Positions 12,386-25,238 of a stretch of 64,000 nucleotides of DNA are shown piece after piece. This stretch comes from Octopus vulgaris. Its lineage: Eukaryota. The stretch spans positions 207,514,001 to 207,578,000 of the forward strand of contig OX597814.1 in NCBI GenBank assembly GCA_951406725.2, read 5' to 3'. The number at the start of each line of letters is the position of its first letter. Within the stretch, counting starts at the first letter, position 1. The position numbers and the translations under genes are program-made. Below the pieces are notes generated by a model. The model did not search any database. It was not told where the DNA came from and was given only the letters and a program-made list of their open reading frames with translations.

Positions 12386-12444
12386 TTATAAATACACACA
12401 CACACACATACATGTATGCATTTAAATTATATATGATATATCTT

Positions 12445-12740
12445 TTATCTTTCAGTCATTAGACTGTGGCTATGCTGGGGCACTGCTTTGAATTTTACTC
12501 GAATGAATTGACCTCAGTGCTTATTGTTTTAAAGCCTGGTACTTGTTCTATCAGTCGTTTTGCTGAACCATTAAGTTACGGGGACGTAAACACACCAACA
12601 CTAGTTGTTAGTCAGCGGTGGGGAACAGACACAAAGAAAACACACTCATACATGATGAGCTTCTTTCAGTTTCCATCTATGAAATCCACTCTGGTCAGCT
12701 CTGGTCAGCTTGAGGCTGCAGTAGAAGACAGTTGCCAAAG
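12445..12740 (-). mobile_element. SINE family B, diverged
   Basis: cagtcattagactgtggctatgctggggcac and ggggacgtaaacacacc motifs. Confidence 0.75.
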
Positions 12741-13069
12741 GTGATATGTAGCAATGTGCCACAGCCATGTCTATGAAAATCTTGTAGCTTTTACTCAAAG
12801 CCTTGTCATGTAAGTTTTTGCTGCCATTTAATCCCGAGTTAGTACCACTCAAGTAAACCTATAGTCAGTGACATTCTAGATGTGATCTTTCAGTTTTTAA
12901 TTCAGGAACTGCGTATCTAGAACTACATTATCTAAAATGTCTTTCTTTAACCTTTTTTAAATGATAGGATGTAATTTCTAGGTCAGGCATGCTGGGGTTC
13001 TTTGTTGGTTCATCTTGTAAATGTAAGAAAATTACGAAAGTCATTTAATATAGATTAGGAAATACGCAT

Positions 13070-13353
13070 ATCATCATCATCATCATTGTGACCACTTTTT
13101 CATGCTTGCATGATTGAGACAGAACTTGAGGCAGATTTTCTATTGCTTGATGTCCTTCTGGTTGCTAACCTTCACATCTTTCCAAGCAAGGTGATATTTC
13201 CACTTGGCCAGACATGTTTATACAGAAGACTGGAAATGAAGGATACTGCTTGAATGATGGTGTTGCAAGTTTACTATTATCATGTGATATCAAGATGGGG
13301 ACATTCACATACATACATACATACATACATACATACATACATACATACATACA

Positions 13354-13385
<32 letters not shown>

Positions 13386-13468
13386 CATACATATACATAC
13401 ATACATATACATACATACATATACATACATACATATACATATATATATATACATATATATATATATAC

Positions 13469-13500
<32 letters not shown>

Positions 13501-13640
13501 GTACAAGGGGTTTCTTTTAGTTTCATCATATGGTTTAGATCAGCCTAGGTTATAGTAGAAGACAGTGAACCAAAGTGCCACACAGAGGAACTGAACCCAA
13601 AATCACATGGTTCGGAAGCAAGTTTTCCCATCATATAGCC
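13070..13640 (-). mobile_element. Older SINE family C (B-like head, (GAT)n tail) with an expanded (TACA)n/(TA)n microsatellite at 13307-13502. Other copies about 15710-16045, 48050-48380, 50520-50905, 61180-61580 (minus) and 32545-32800 (plus)
   Basis: ctgaaccc head motif, tttccaag..atatttcc..gccagacatgttt body, (CAT)n end. Confidence 0.7.
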
Positions 13641-14841
13641 ATATTCTATATCACTTAAACATGCTATAAACTTTTTTTTTATTAATATTAAAGTACATTT
13701 TATTCTTTTATGTCTATTTTATATATTCCTCTACACTCAGATTAATTTTAAGGAAAAATTTCAAAGACATGTAGTTTTTGTAAATTCTTAAGTATTTGTA
13801 AGTTCTAAGCATTGTAGCCCATTGTTCTTTTAATACACATTTCATCCCTGCATATGCATTTAAATATTCTGTTATAAGCTGGAAATAAACCAATACTCTT
13901 TGCATTATGTTTACAATATAGTTGACATTCGCTCCATTATGAAACTTCAAAATACATGAATCAGCTTCATTTGATGTTTATGTTTTGGTGAAAAAGGAAT
14001 AAAATACTGTCTTGAAGTGGGGGTACATGCAAAGAATAGAAGTGAATATTACTTGAAACTTTAGGATAGTTTGCTTAGTAAGTTGTTCAATTACCTACTT
14101 CCACTGTGGTACCATTGTTAAAAAGATAATGGAGTCATTAAAAGAATGAAATATTGGCACATTCTTTAAATAAAAGCAATCATGCTTTAGAAGATAAAAA
14201 CTGTTGTACATAGAGGATTGTGTGTGTGTGTATGTATGTGTGTGTGAACTAGAAGTACAAACACATTTATATATTGCTCTTATGTCTCAAGCATGTACGA
14301 TAAACTTTTGTTTTTCTTTGAGAGAGAAAGAAAAAGAAACAACATTGTGGAATGTGTATGTATGTAAGTGAGTAAACAAATCTATTAAAATAGAGAAAAT
14401 AAATTCAAGAAATGTTCTTTGAATTTAATTAACTCTTCTATTATCATGGCAATAAATAAACACCAGCAGAGGGTATATGTATGGTGTAAGTTTACAATAT
14501 AAGAAGTCCTGTAGGAATGTCTCTGTGATTTCTACATTTGAATTTGAATTTGACTTTTCTGCATTAATTACTTCAATGCTGATAGTCTTTGTTTTGTTAG
14601 CGTGTGACTCCGTACATGGTTCAAATTTAGGTTGACATCTTGAGGGTAAATAGAATGAAGTGAAATAAAATCTTAAAAAAAGGAAACCATTATTATTTAA
14701 AATTTAATCAATTATATTTTTGCTTTCTTTCTTTCTTTCTTTCTTTTTTTTCTTCTTCAAATCTAAGTTGATTAGTAATTGGCATTCTAATGCAGTGAAT
14801 TGGGCTGAGTCAGTAGAAAGCTGAGTAGGACATGAAATGGT

Positions 14842-15068
14842 TTAACCCTTTAGCGTTCAGATTATTCTATCAAACATAATGCCTATTGATTCACATTGAT
14901 TTCAATTAATCATGCATTATCTCATATCTTCAAGATCTTGATGGTGTAATTACTTAATGTAGAATGACATTGTAGGGTAGGCGTGAGAGCCTGGATCTGG
15001 TCAGTTTGAACATAAAACAGATTAAATATTTTGGCCGGATATGGCCGGTTTAAATACTAAAGGGTTAA
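14842..15068. mobile_element. piggyBac-type MITE, family P1
   Basis: TTAA-CCCTTTAG...CTAAAGGG-TTAA termini; other copies at 27345-27760 and 40052-40272. Confidence 0.88.
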
Positions 15069-15139
15069 CTGTATCTAGCTCAGTATTTTACAAACTTGAG
15101 TTCAAATAGTGGCTGAATTAACTTCAGTTTTAATTCTTT

Positions 15140-15505
15140 CCCTGGCATCATGGATCAGCACCCATGACTCTCACAGGTTCTCTGAATCTGGTGATATTGA
15201 TACAGTTTATATTCAGCTTGTTTCATAAGTAGGAAGGGAAATCTTCTGAGAATAAAGGACTGGGTGAATTTGATGTGGGGCTTAAAGGATGAGACATAGT
15301 AAGGGAATGTGAAGGGAGATAGATGTTGGTGGGCCTAGAAGTTGGTAAGCAACTAGCTAGTTTAAAAAAGCAGAGGCTTGTACAAGTTGTTATTGCAGTG
15401 GTGATGGAATTAGTAGAAGAAGAATAGTCAAAGAATGCAGGGACAGCACATCTATGAGCCAGAGATTGCAGTGAGTTGCTGAGTGACTTTTTGCGAATCA
15501 GTCAG
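15140..15505 (-). pseudogene. Decayed CR1/Jockey-group LINE 3' end
   Basis: Minus frame LIRKKSLSNSLQSLAHRCAV resembles L.DSLQPL.HRRAV of these LINEs; probably the same family as 6965-7313. Confidence 0.55.
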
Positions 15506-16648
15506 GTGCAGGGTTAGCATTTTCCATTAGATAAACAAGGTGATTGCCTAAGCCCTAAAATCTGAGGATACCAGAAAAAGAAAAAAATGTACGACAAATT
15601 CTTTTTTTTTCAACTTTAGCTGTATATTCATTTCTTTCAACAAAGAATTACTGTTTTGGCAGTGGCAGAAAATTGAATTATCAATAGTAAAACAAATGTT
15701 GCATTATTGTATATCATCATAATGTTCATTTTTCCATCCCTACATGTGTCACATGTAATTAGAGGCAGATTTACTGTGCCTAGGTTCCCTTTCTGCTACC
15801 AACTCTCACTTGTTTCCAAGTAAATATTTCCCTGTGGCTGAAAATGTTTCGACAGAAGATTGGAAATGGGTACCACTCCTATAAAAGGGACGCTCATCTA
15901 CAATTATCACATAATGTCAACACAAGGAAACACATTCACACATACATATATGATGAGCTTCTTTCAGTTTCCATCTACCAAATCCACTCACAAGACTTTG
16001 GTCTGGTGGGAGTAGAACACCTCAAGGTGCCCCAGAATGAAACTGAACCCCAAAACACATGGTTGGGAAGCAGTGTTCTTAATCACAAAGCTATGCTTGC
16101 ACCAATATTATACACTATATAAGTATATCCTGGTTGTATACAGCAAATGGATATAACTGGAAGAAAGGGGTACTCATTGTAAGGTTAGCAGATTGTGCTG
16201 AAAACTCTGGTACCAGTCCTGGTCAGAAGGTTTTTGTTTCGTTGTGATCTAAGGTGTGAATGTGTGTGTGCATGCATGTGTGTATATATGTGTAACACTT
16301 GTTATGGGAGTAGTATTCTGTTGTGAGTTCTACTTCAGGTCTGTACGGGGTCAGTAATTAGTCAGAGCTGAAATATTTTCTGGCTATCACTTGAAGGCAT
16401 AGTTTTTGTACGTGAGATTATCATAGAAGATGAAGTCTAAGGGCTTGAAAGAAATATAGAATGTTTATTCATTCAAACATTAATTTCTCCTCTTCTAGCA
16501 AAATTCCATTCATCCATCTTCTCTATCCAATATTCCTGTGAGGGTTATGGAGTGAGAGACCTCAGGTACTTTTTCCATAGGGCCATACCAGAAGCAACCA
16601 ATCATTACACTTTTAAGCTGGATTCTGATATGTGACCAACTGAGGAGG

Positions 16649-16851
16649 AGGAGACCCCTTTTGGTCATGAATGACCATGGAGTTGCACCTAGAAAGTTCC
16701 CCTCCAAGGCACAAGTCCGAGCATGGGTTTTTGTGCAGACCAGTCTCCCTTCTCCACACCACTGAGAGTTGTCCAAGGGAAAGAAAGGCAAAAGCTGATA
16801 CAGCTTGGCACCAGTGATATTGCATCTCATTTCTACAGTTGAGTGAACTGG
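16649..16851 (-). mobile_element. 3' part of SINE family E (RTE-like tail)
   Basis: Matches 28716-28935 (gaccatgg..gcacctagaaagtt, cagcttggcaccagtga). Confidence 0.8.
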
Positions 16852-17246
16852 AAGCACTCCGTTGGTTACGACGACGAGGGTTCCGGTTGATCCGATCAAC
16901 GGAACAGCCTGCTCGTGAAATTAACGTGTAAGTGGCTGAGCACTCCACAGACACGTGCACCCATAACGTAGTTCTCGGGGATATTCAGCGTGACACAGAT
17001 AGTGACAAGGCCGGCCCTTTGAAATACAGGTACAACAGAAACAGGAAGTAAGAGTGAGAGAGAAAGTTGTGGTGAAAGAGTACAGCAGGGATCACCACCA
17101 TCCCCTGCCGGAGCCTCGTGGAGCTTTGGTGGAGCAACATGGTGTTTTCGCTCAATAAACACTCACAACGCCCGGTCTGGGAATCGAAACCGCGATCCTA
17201 TGACCGCGAGTCCGCTGCCCTAACCACTGGGCCATTGCGCCTCCAC
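16852..17246 (-). mobile_element. Young full-length tRNA-derived SINE
   Basis: Head GTGGAGGCGCAATGGCCCAGTGGTTAGGGCAGCGG..GGTTTCGATTCCC with A/B boxes; CpG-rich, little decay. Confidence 0.88.
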
Positions 17247-17300
17247 CATTCTTGATCTACCCCACTAGATCTGTCACTTGACTTGGCTTGAAGAATCTGT

Positions 17301-17577
17301 CTTGCAATTCTTTCCCTGCAACATTTTAATCACATGTCCTTAATACTGGATCTGTGACCTTTGTTAATAAAAAAAAAAAAAAAAAATCAGTATGTTTATA
17401 GTTTATTGTACCTATCCTATAGAAAAAAAAGTCATTCATTTACCTTGCAATTCTTTCCCTGCAACATTTTAATCACATGTCCTTAATACTGGATCTGTGA
17501 CCTTTGTTAATAACAAAAAAAAAAGTATGTTTATAGTTTATTGTACCTATCCTATAGAAAAAAAAAGCAGTCATTCT
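17301..17577 (+). repeat. Tandem duplication of ~143 bp of otherwise unique sequence
   Basis: CTTGCAATTCTTTCCCTGCAAC... begins at both 17301 and 17444; copies differ mainly around A-runs. Confidence 0.92.
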
Positions 17578-17927
17578 ACCAAGATTGTTTACATGAATCT
17601 CCTTCATTGTTATATACTGTTGACTTTTCCATGGTTTTCCTCTAAGCTTGAACTGTGAACTGTTTAATCTGTGCTTTCTTCCCTTCACTCAGGAGAGGAA
17701 ATATGTGTTATGTTGTACACATTAGATTGAATGTTATAAGTTTTTATTTATTTTCTGTTTTACAATTTATTTTGTGAATTAAATTATTTTCAATAAATAA
17801 AAACAAAAAGACAAATGTTTATCTAAAATTGACAAATTATGCAGCACTTTGCCATAAGCAAAGTTTATTCAGGAAGTATTGCGGAGAAACGTCAAGTAAA
17901 CATGCACACATGCACTCCCTCACTCGC

Positions 17928-18275
17928 TCACTTTCTCTCTTTCTCTCTCCTCCTTTCACCCTCTCTCTCTTTCTCTCCCTCTCCTCTACTTTCCCTCTCT
18001 CCTTTTCTCTCTTTCTCTCTCCTCCTTTCACCCTCTCTCTCTTTCTCTCCCTCTCCTCTACTTTCCCTCTCTCCTTTTCTCTCTTTCTCTCTCCTCCTTT
18101 CACTCTCTCTCTTCCTCTCCCTCTCCTCTACTTTCCCTCTCTCCTTTTCTCTCTTCCCTTCCTCTCTCTCTACCTTCCCTCTCTCCCTTTTCTTCTCTCC
18201 TTTTCTCCCTTTCCCCCCTCTCCCCGTCTTCCCATCCCATTTCTTTCCTCTCCCCCTCCTCCTACCCTCTCTCTG
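17928..18275 (+). repeat. Polypyrimidine tract with a ~72-bp minisatellite (about 2.7 copies), followed by (CA)n to 18368
   Basis: Almost only C/T; 24-aa periodicity in the ORF translation. Confidence 0.9.
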
Positions 18276-18312
18276 CACTCACACACACACACACACACAA
18301 ACAAACAAACAA

Positions 18313-18371
<59 letters not shown>

Positions 18372-18737
18372 TTCTCTTCTATCATTTTACTGGTTTCGCC
18401 CATTACACTGCAACCGTACAGGAGTACTACCTTGAAATGTTTTAGTCAATCATTTAAACTCCAATACTTTATCTGATACATATTTATATCTACCTTGTGA
18501 GAAGAGAAAGGTAAAGTTGAAGTAATCATAAAAGAATGTAACCAAAGCAGAATAAAATGCTACAAGGTACTTTTGTTTGACAAGCCATTCTTTCACACCA
18601 GACATGTATGTATGTGCATGTGTGTATCGAAGTGTGGATGAACTCAGTAAATTCAACAGCCGTCCATCAGCAGGGACTGAGGCACCCCTAGTCTTTGTTT
18701 AGACATCTCTCTAGATGATGGGCAACTCTGATATAAT

Positions 18738-18898
18738 ACCTATTTCTTTACTACCCACAAGGGGCTAAACACAGAGGAGACAAACAAGGACAGACAGACG
18801 AATTAAGTCGATTATATCGCTCCCAGTGCATAACTGGTACTTATTTAATTGACTCCGAAAGGATGAAAGGCAAAATCGGCCTTGGCGGAATTTGAACT
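18738..18898 (-). mobile_element. SINE family A, 5'-truncated
   Basis: Reverse complement of the core and tail of 1068-1300. Confidence 0.85.
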
Positions 18899-19269
18899 TC
18901 CTTTGCTTCCAATGATGTAGACTACTTCTTCTTTTTGGGTAAATGTATATATTTATTTAGAGAGTGTAATTGGTTCTGTGCTAGTCCTTTCTTCGCTTTA
19001 AAAAGCTTCAAGCAAAAACATGACTTGATTTTTGATGTCTCTATTATGTGCTACATACTATGACTGGCCATAGCTGTAAAATGTCAAAACACTCAATGAA
19101 AATTTCCATAATAGAATGAAAGCATGGGTGGTAACTCTATGAGCACCTACTATCAGCTTGGGTAATAATTCTCTGAACACCTGATGTTTCAAGAGGTTCT
19201 CAGCATTGTTACATCTGTGTAAAACAGTGTAGATCCCTTGCGGGACAGAAAAACCACCTCTGTGTTGCT

Positions 19270-19497
19270 TTAACCCTTTCCTTACCAACCTGGCTGAAAC
19301 CGGCTCTGGTTCTGAGTACAAATGTTTTGTTTTCATAAGTTTTGAATTAAAATCTTTCACCAAACATTAGTCACAATTTATGTTCCTAACACTAGCTTAA
19401 TGATAACTAAGTTATTTTACTAAATTCTTTGTTATATTTAAAGTAATTGAAAGAAACACAGAGCATCTCAAAATAAATACAGTAACGAAAGGGTTAA
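19270..19497. mobile_element. piggyBac-type MITE, family P2
   Basis: TTAA-CCCTTTC...GAAAGGG-TTAA; inverted copy at 48632-48861. Confidence 0.9.
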
Positions 19498-20188
19498 GAG
19501 AACAATCAAGTGATAGCAATGGCATTACTCAGGATCAAGTTGCAGCCACCTTATATGTATATGTGTATGAATGTATGTATATCTATATATATATATATAT
19601 ATATACCTGTGTGTGTGTATGTATAATATCTTATTTTATTCTCTGATTTCTCTCCGTAACTTACAAAGCCATTCGCATTTGTTTACAAATATTATAAATG
19701 TATGTATGTGTGTGTGTGTACATGTTATTCACTTTTATAGCCACATTTGCAAACCTGGTATTTCACAGCTAGATATCTCTCTTAGTGCTAAGCATTCAAT
19801 CATGAAATTAGAAAATAACTGGGGGTTTTTTGATATACAGTTGAAGTGGACTAAGCAAAGATGTCAAGCCCAGGTGCACAACACTATAGATGTAATTAGA
19901 TTTCTCGCATGAGGATGATGATGTCCTTGTAGTTTAACTCCTTCATTCATAACTAGCATGCCTTAGGAATCAATTGATTCATGATGATAATGTCTGAAGA
20001 AAATCACAAATGACATGTGGAGCATTATCATTTGGCAGAATTATTTGAGGGTTGAACCAAATACCTGGCAGTATTTCTGCTTGCTCTTTACACACTCATT
20101 TTAGATCCCTCTGAAGTTAACTTGGCCTTTCATCCTTTTGGGGGTGGATAAAATAAAGTGCCTGTTGAGCATTACAATCTATTTAGTT

Positions 20189-20464
20189 CAGTGGTTTCCA
20201 GACTTTTTTGGGCTGCTGCCCCCTTGACACCCAGACCACATTCCCAGCGCCCCCCATTCCAACTAACCACCACAAACATAGACCTCTTTCTAAAGTAAAT
20301 TCAAAGCAACTGTATTTCACAAATAAAACTTAACCTAACGAACCTATTATTTTGTTGTTTTTACATGAATCACTATCCCATTATCACCTCACTTTTCTTA
20401 AAGGCCCCCTTGGAACTTTCCACTGCCCCCAGGGGGACAATACCACCCACTTTGGGAACCACTG
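20189..20464. mobile_element. hAT/Charlie-like MITE inserted in a family A SINE (about 20030-20525)
   Basis: TIRs CAGTGGTTTCCA / TGGGAACCACTG; imperfect 8-bp TSD ATTTAGTT / ATTCAGAT. Confidence 0.8.
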
Positions 20465-20627
20465 ATTCAGATGATTAAACCCCACTTGCTAAATTTATAT
20501 CCTTGTATATATATATATCAGAAATGATTTTGTCTCTTTAGGTGACAACTTTGTCTTGTAATTTTCTTTGTAATTTAAATCTCTTGCTGATTATATTTTT
20601 ATATTTCTATACAACAGATTTCTTATA

Positions 20628-20862
20628 GACGGCGGCGAGCTGGCAGAAACGTTAGCATGCTGTGCGAAATGCTTAATGGTATTTCGTCTGTCTTTACGTT
20701 CTGAGTTCAAATTCCGCCAAGGTTGACTTTGCCTTTCATCCTTTCGGGGTTGATAAATTAAGTACCAGTTTACGCACTGGGGTCGATGTAATCGACTTAA
20801 TCTCTTTGTCTCTCCTTGTTTGTCCCCTCTATGTTTAGCCCCTTGTGGGCAATAAAGAAATA
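20628..20862 (+). mobile_element. SINE family A, full length
   Basis: Intact head, core and tail; 12-bp TSD AGATTTCTTATA. Confidence 0.92.
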
Positions 20863-21227
20863 AGATTTCTTATATACTCACAGTATTTTAAAAATAAATA
20901 AGTGTAATGTAACAATAGCTCAACAGTGGTTTAAGTCTCTGGACTGTAACCATGTTGGGGCATTGTCTGAACAATCCTATCCTCATTTCAGTTTGGTACC
21001 TTTTTTGTTGTTGTTGTTGTTTTCTGTTTATTGAATGATTAAGCTATAAGTTACTTTCTCTGATGTAAAGAGATGCAGACAGACGCATTAAGCTATTTCA
21101 TTGCTTTTGTTTACCAAATTCCAGTCACAAGGCCAAAGGTACAGTCAGACCAAAAGTACAGACATTTGCTTAAGATGGTGTACAGTGGGATTAAACATAG
21201 AACCATATGGTTGAGAAAGGAACTTCA

Positions 21228-21480
21228 TGGAACAGACTGCCGGCATCAGTTGTTAGTTGTCGGAGCACTGCATCCTTCAAAACTTCCATGCTTTCTGAGA
21301 TTCGCCAACACTACACCTGATTTTCTCCCCTCCATACACACACAAGCATGTATCTGACTCATACATTGTTCGCTTTCCAGACATTTTTACATTACTGCAT
21401 GTACTTTATATGCACTCTCTGACAAGTTGTGGTGCACCTGAGCACTGTCTCCAATAATTTCATTATTATTATTTATTATT
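21228..21480 (+). pseudogene. 5'-truncated CR1-type LINE 3' end
   Basis: WNRLPASVVSCRSTASFKTSMLSEIRQHYT* followed by a 3' UTR and (ATT)n tail. Confidence 0.82.
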
Positions 21481-21509
21481 TAACCACTTGGTTAATTTAT
21501 CTTACCATT

Positions 21510-21910
21510 GTGCTTTTACTGGTTTCAGTCACTGGACTACATTCATGATGTGGCACCGCCTTGAAAAGCTTAGTCAGACAAATTGCTCCATTGTACTTAT
21601 TTTTAGGTCTTGTACTTATTTTGTTGATCACTTTTGCCTAACCGTTAAGTTATGGCGACATAAACCAGCACAGGTTGTCAAGCATGTGGGTGGGCTGCCC
21701 AATGATGTGTGCACATACGCACACTCACAAATACATATATACACAATGGGCCTCCCCATAGTTTATATGTACCAAATTCACTCACAAGGTTTTGATCAGC
21801 TCAGGGTTATAGTCAAAAACACTTGCCCAAGGTGCTACTGACTAGTCGGACTCTACCTCAAACTATATAGTTCAAAGGCAAGCTTCTTAACTATGCATCT
21901 ATATTGCCTA
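21510..21910 (-). mobile_element. SINE family B, diverged
   Basis: ttcagtcactggact..gcaccgcc tail and acttgcccaaggtgc core. Confidence 0.75.
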
Positions 21911-22273
21911 CATCTGTATTGTCAAAAAGGAAATAGTTCATAGTTTCCAATATATTAATTTTTTTGGGGTTTTTTTTTTTTCATGTAAAACCATCAAAAT
22001 AAAATTATAATTATGACATGAAATGTAAAAAGACACAAAGCCAAAGTTCTCTGATGTGATGTGGTTAACCATTGCCACTTCAGCTTGAAATGAATAGTTA
22101 ATCAGTTAAAAATTATTCTATCTGTAATAAACCTAAGAATTTATGCATGCCAATATTGATTTCTTAACTTTAGAAATCAATATTGATTTCTTATAAAACA
22201 TGACAATATTAATCTCTTTGTATTAATCCTTCTCCCTCCTTCCCTCCCCTCTCTTTTCCCTTCTCTTTCCCTG

Positions 22274-22305
<32 letters not shown>

Positions 22306-22410
22306 CTCTTGCATTAGCCAACATTTCTGTTGTCTTTCCCCTCTACTATTCACCCCAACCCCCTCTTCTAGTAGTTGTATCATAATAACAGTTACTATCT
22401 ACTTTTATAA

Positions 22411-22443
<33 letters not shown>

Positions 22444-22974
22444 AACTAACTGCTGCACTTTCTGCTAGAGGTTGATGACCTGCCCCTATTCTTAATCTTT
22501 CCCATATTCTCTGTACCTTTTTTTAAGATGTATATGCATGCATCCACATACACACATACACACATGCAGACATAATAACATTTATAATATATGGTTATTG
22601 AAATGAGCATCTGTTAAAAGCTCAACAATATGTTTTCACATAAAACTATAATGCAGTGTTGGCCTTAAGCCAATCTATGTGACAAGGTGGCCAGTGGTAA
22701 AACCACTGGTAAATTTTATACTTTGACATAAATCACTACAGGCAATCAGAAATAGACTGGTAGCATGTTACAACAGGCAAGTTTCTTCAAGAAAGTTGGC
22801 AGTGTGCAACTAGGAGCATTCTTGAATGGTTGGTATGTTGTGGCCATAGGTATATTTAGGAGTAAGTTAGTAGTCTTACACGGGTTGATATCATTTGGTC
22901 AGAAGCAGTTTCAGACATGTTGGTGTGGTTTAATTAAATAATAATAATAATAATGATAATAGTAATGATGATGA

Positions 22975-23386
22975 TTTCAAATTTTGGCACAAGGCCAGCA
23001 ATTACGAGAGAAGGGGTAGGTCGATTATATTGACCCCAGTGCTCAAAAAGTTAACCTCTGCAAAGTTTGAACTCAGAATGTAAAGACAGATGAAATACTG
23101 CTAAGCATTTTGCCCTGCATGCTAACGATTCTGTCAGCTTGCTGCCATAATAATAATAATAATAATAATAATAATCCTTTCTACTATAGGCACAAGGCCT
23201 GAAATTTGGGAGGAGAGATAAGTTGATTACAGCAATCCCTGTGCTCAACTGGTACTTAATTTATTGACCCTGAAAGGATGAAAAGCAAAGTCTACCTGGC
23301 AGAAATTGAACTCAGAATGTAGAGCCTGAAGAAATGCCGCTAAGCATCTTCTCCAGCTCAATAACAGTTCTGCCAGCTCACCACCT

Positions 23387-23420
<34 letters not shown>

Positions 23421-23795
23421 CCTTTCTGTTATTAGCACAAGGCCTGGAATTTTGGGGGAAGAAGGCTAGTCAATTACATTGACTAGTGCTCATCTGGTAC
23501 TTATTTCATAGATCCTGGAAGGACGAAAGGCAAAGTTGGTCTTAGTGGAATTTGAACCTAGCACACTAGACAAAATGCTTCATGGAATAATAATCCTTTC
23601 TATTAAAGGCACAAGGCCTGACATTTTGGGGGAATGGACAAGTTGATTACATTAACCCCAGTTTTTCACTGATACTTATTTTATTGACCCTGAAAGCTAA
23701 CCACGGCAGAATTTGAACTCAGAATGTATAGACGGATGGAATGCTGCTAAGCATTTTGCCCAGTATGCTAACAATTCTGCCAGCTTGCCACCTTA
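22975..23795 (-). mobile_element. Head-to-tail chain of four family A SINEs separated by (TAA)n/(TAG)n
   Basis: Units at about 22975-23146, 23175-23386, 23421-23585 and 23594-23795, each with gcacaaggcc; tactt..gaa core in units 2-4. Confidence 0.85.
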
Positions 23796-24855
23796 GATAA
23801 TAATAATAATGATGATTATGATAATAACATTTTGTTTGGGTTACAGTTTATTTACTATCTTGAATGAATCATGTATTACTGAAATAACGGAGAGGCAAAG
23901 AGGAAAACAAAATCACTATTTAAAAAATATTAAATAAAAGTAATGAATTTTTAATTAGATCCAAAGTTGAATTGGGTAGAGATGTGAAATTGATACATTT
24001 CCTCAAATACATTTGCTAATTCAGGCCATCCATTAGGACCTGAAATTAAAACGTCTAACTTTATTCACCAAAGAATTATGTTCTGTTGCGAAGAAAATAT
24101 TTCTTGAACTATGGTTTTAAGCAATCTTATTATGTTTTAACTGCTTTTACATATAAATTATCCAAATATAAAACTGTGTGGGGAATGAAGAAAGACTGTA
24201 TGTGTGTAGTTGTACACACGTACAGACATGTATGTGAATGAATAAAAGTTTTGTGATTAAAAATTTTTTTTTTTTCCTCTTTCTATCGGATTATCAAGTC
24301 AGGATCAAATAAGAACCTTATCAGCTTTCATTATAAAGAAGCTGATAAAATAACATTGTTGTTTTCCATTTAGAATGCATTCATTTTTGACATCTGTCAA
24401 AGGAAAATACAATAATTGACCAATTGCTTGTATTAATGCAAATACTTGTGTATATATTTGAATGAAGTTTCTCTTTGCTATTTCAATAATATTTTCAAAG
24501 TATTGGTACTGTTCTTTTTTTTTTTTTTTTTTTTATAAGGAAGAACTTTCAGACAAATTTAACAAAAAAATTAAGAGAAGGATTGGGTGTTACTGTCTCC
24601 TCTCTGTCAGACCATTACAATCCTTCATTAAAGATTGTTATTAAAAATGAAATTAAATTTTAATTTCATAACAACTGTAGATGTCATCTGTAGTTTGTTC
24701 TCTTTCATTAATAGTTTTACAGGTGATCTTTTGATTGTTGTTTTTAATTTTTTAAGACCCTTTTAAGTCTGCAGCATCTGGCAAAAAACTGAGAATTTCT
24801 TTGCAGTGGCACATAATGAAAGATTGGCCAGTTGTAAAATCTCTTTTCATTTACA

Positions 24856-25238
24856 TTACTCTTACTCTTTTTACTCTTTTACTTGTTTCAGTCATTTGAC
24901 TGCGGCCATGCTGGAGCACCGCCTTTAGTCGAGCAAATCGACCCCGGGACTTTGTAAGCCCAGTACTTATTTTATCGGTCTCTTTTGCCGAACTGCTAAG
25001 TGACGGGGACATAAACACACCAGCATCGGTTGTCAAGCAATGCTAGGGGAACAAACACACACACATACATATATACGACGGGCTTCTTTCAGTTTCCGTC
25101 TACCAAATCCACTCACAAGGCATTGGTCGGCCCGGGGCTATAGCAGAAGACACTTGCCCAAGATGCCACGCAGTGGGACTGAACCCGGAATCATGTGGTT
25201 GGTTAGCAAGCTACTTACCACACAGCCACTCCTGCGCC
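24856..25238 (-). mobile_element. SINE family B, full length, young
   Basis: Head GGCGCAGGAGTGGCTGTGTGGTAAG..GGGTTCAGTCCC, CORE-like TTGGGCAAGTG, internal microsatellite, GTAAAAGA tail. Confidence 0.92.

Noticed and set aside
13165-13555. Overlapping YIHT/MYVC-repeat ORFs (likewise 17829-18476 and 46382-46775)
   Set aside because: Stop-free microsatellite translations.
17170-17246. tRNA-like sequences at SINE heads (also 12150, 29000, 43030)
   Set aside because: They have A/B boxes but no closed acceptor stem and continue into SINE bodies, so they are not tRNA genes.
22151-22191. 20-bp palindrome AGAAATCAATATTGATTTCT with a partial duplicate
   Set aside because: Short and AT-rich, probably a slippage product; no miRNA-like hairpin.
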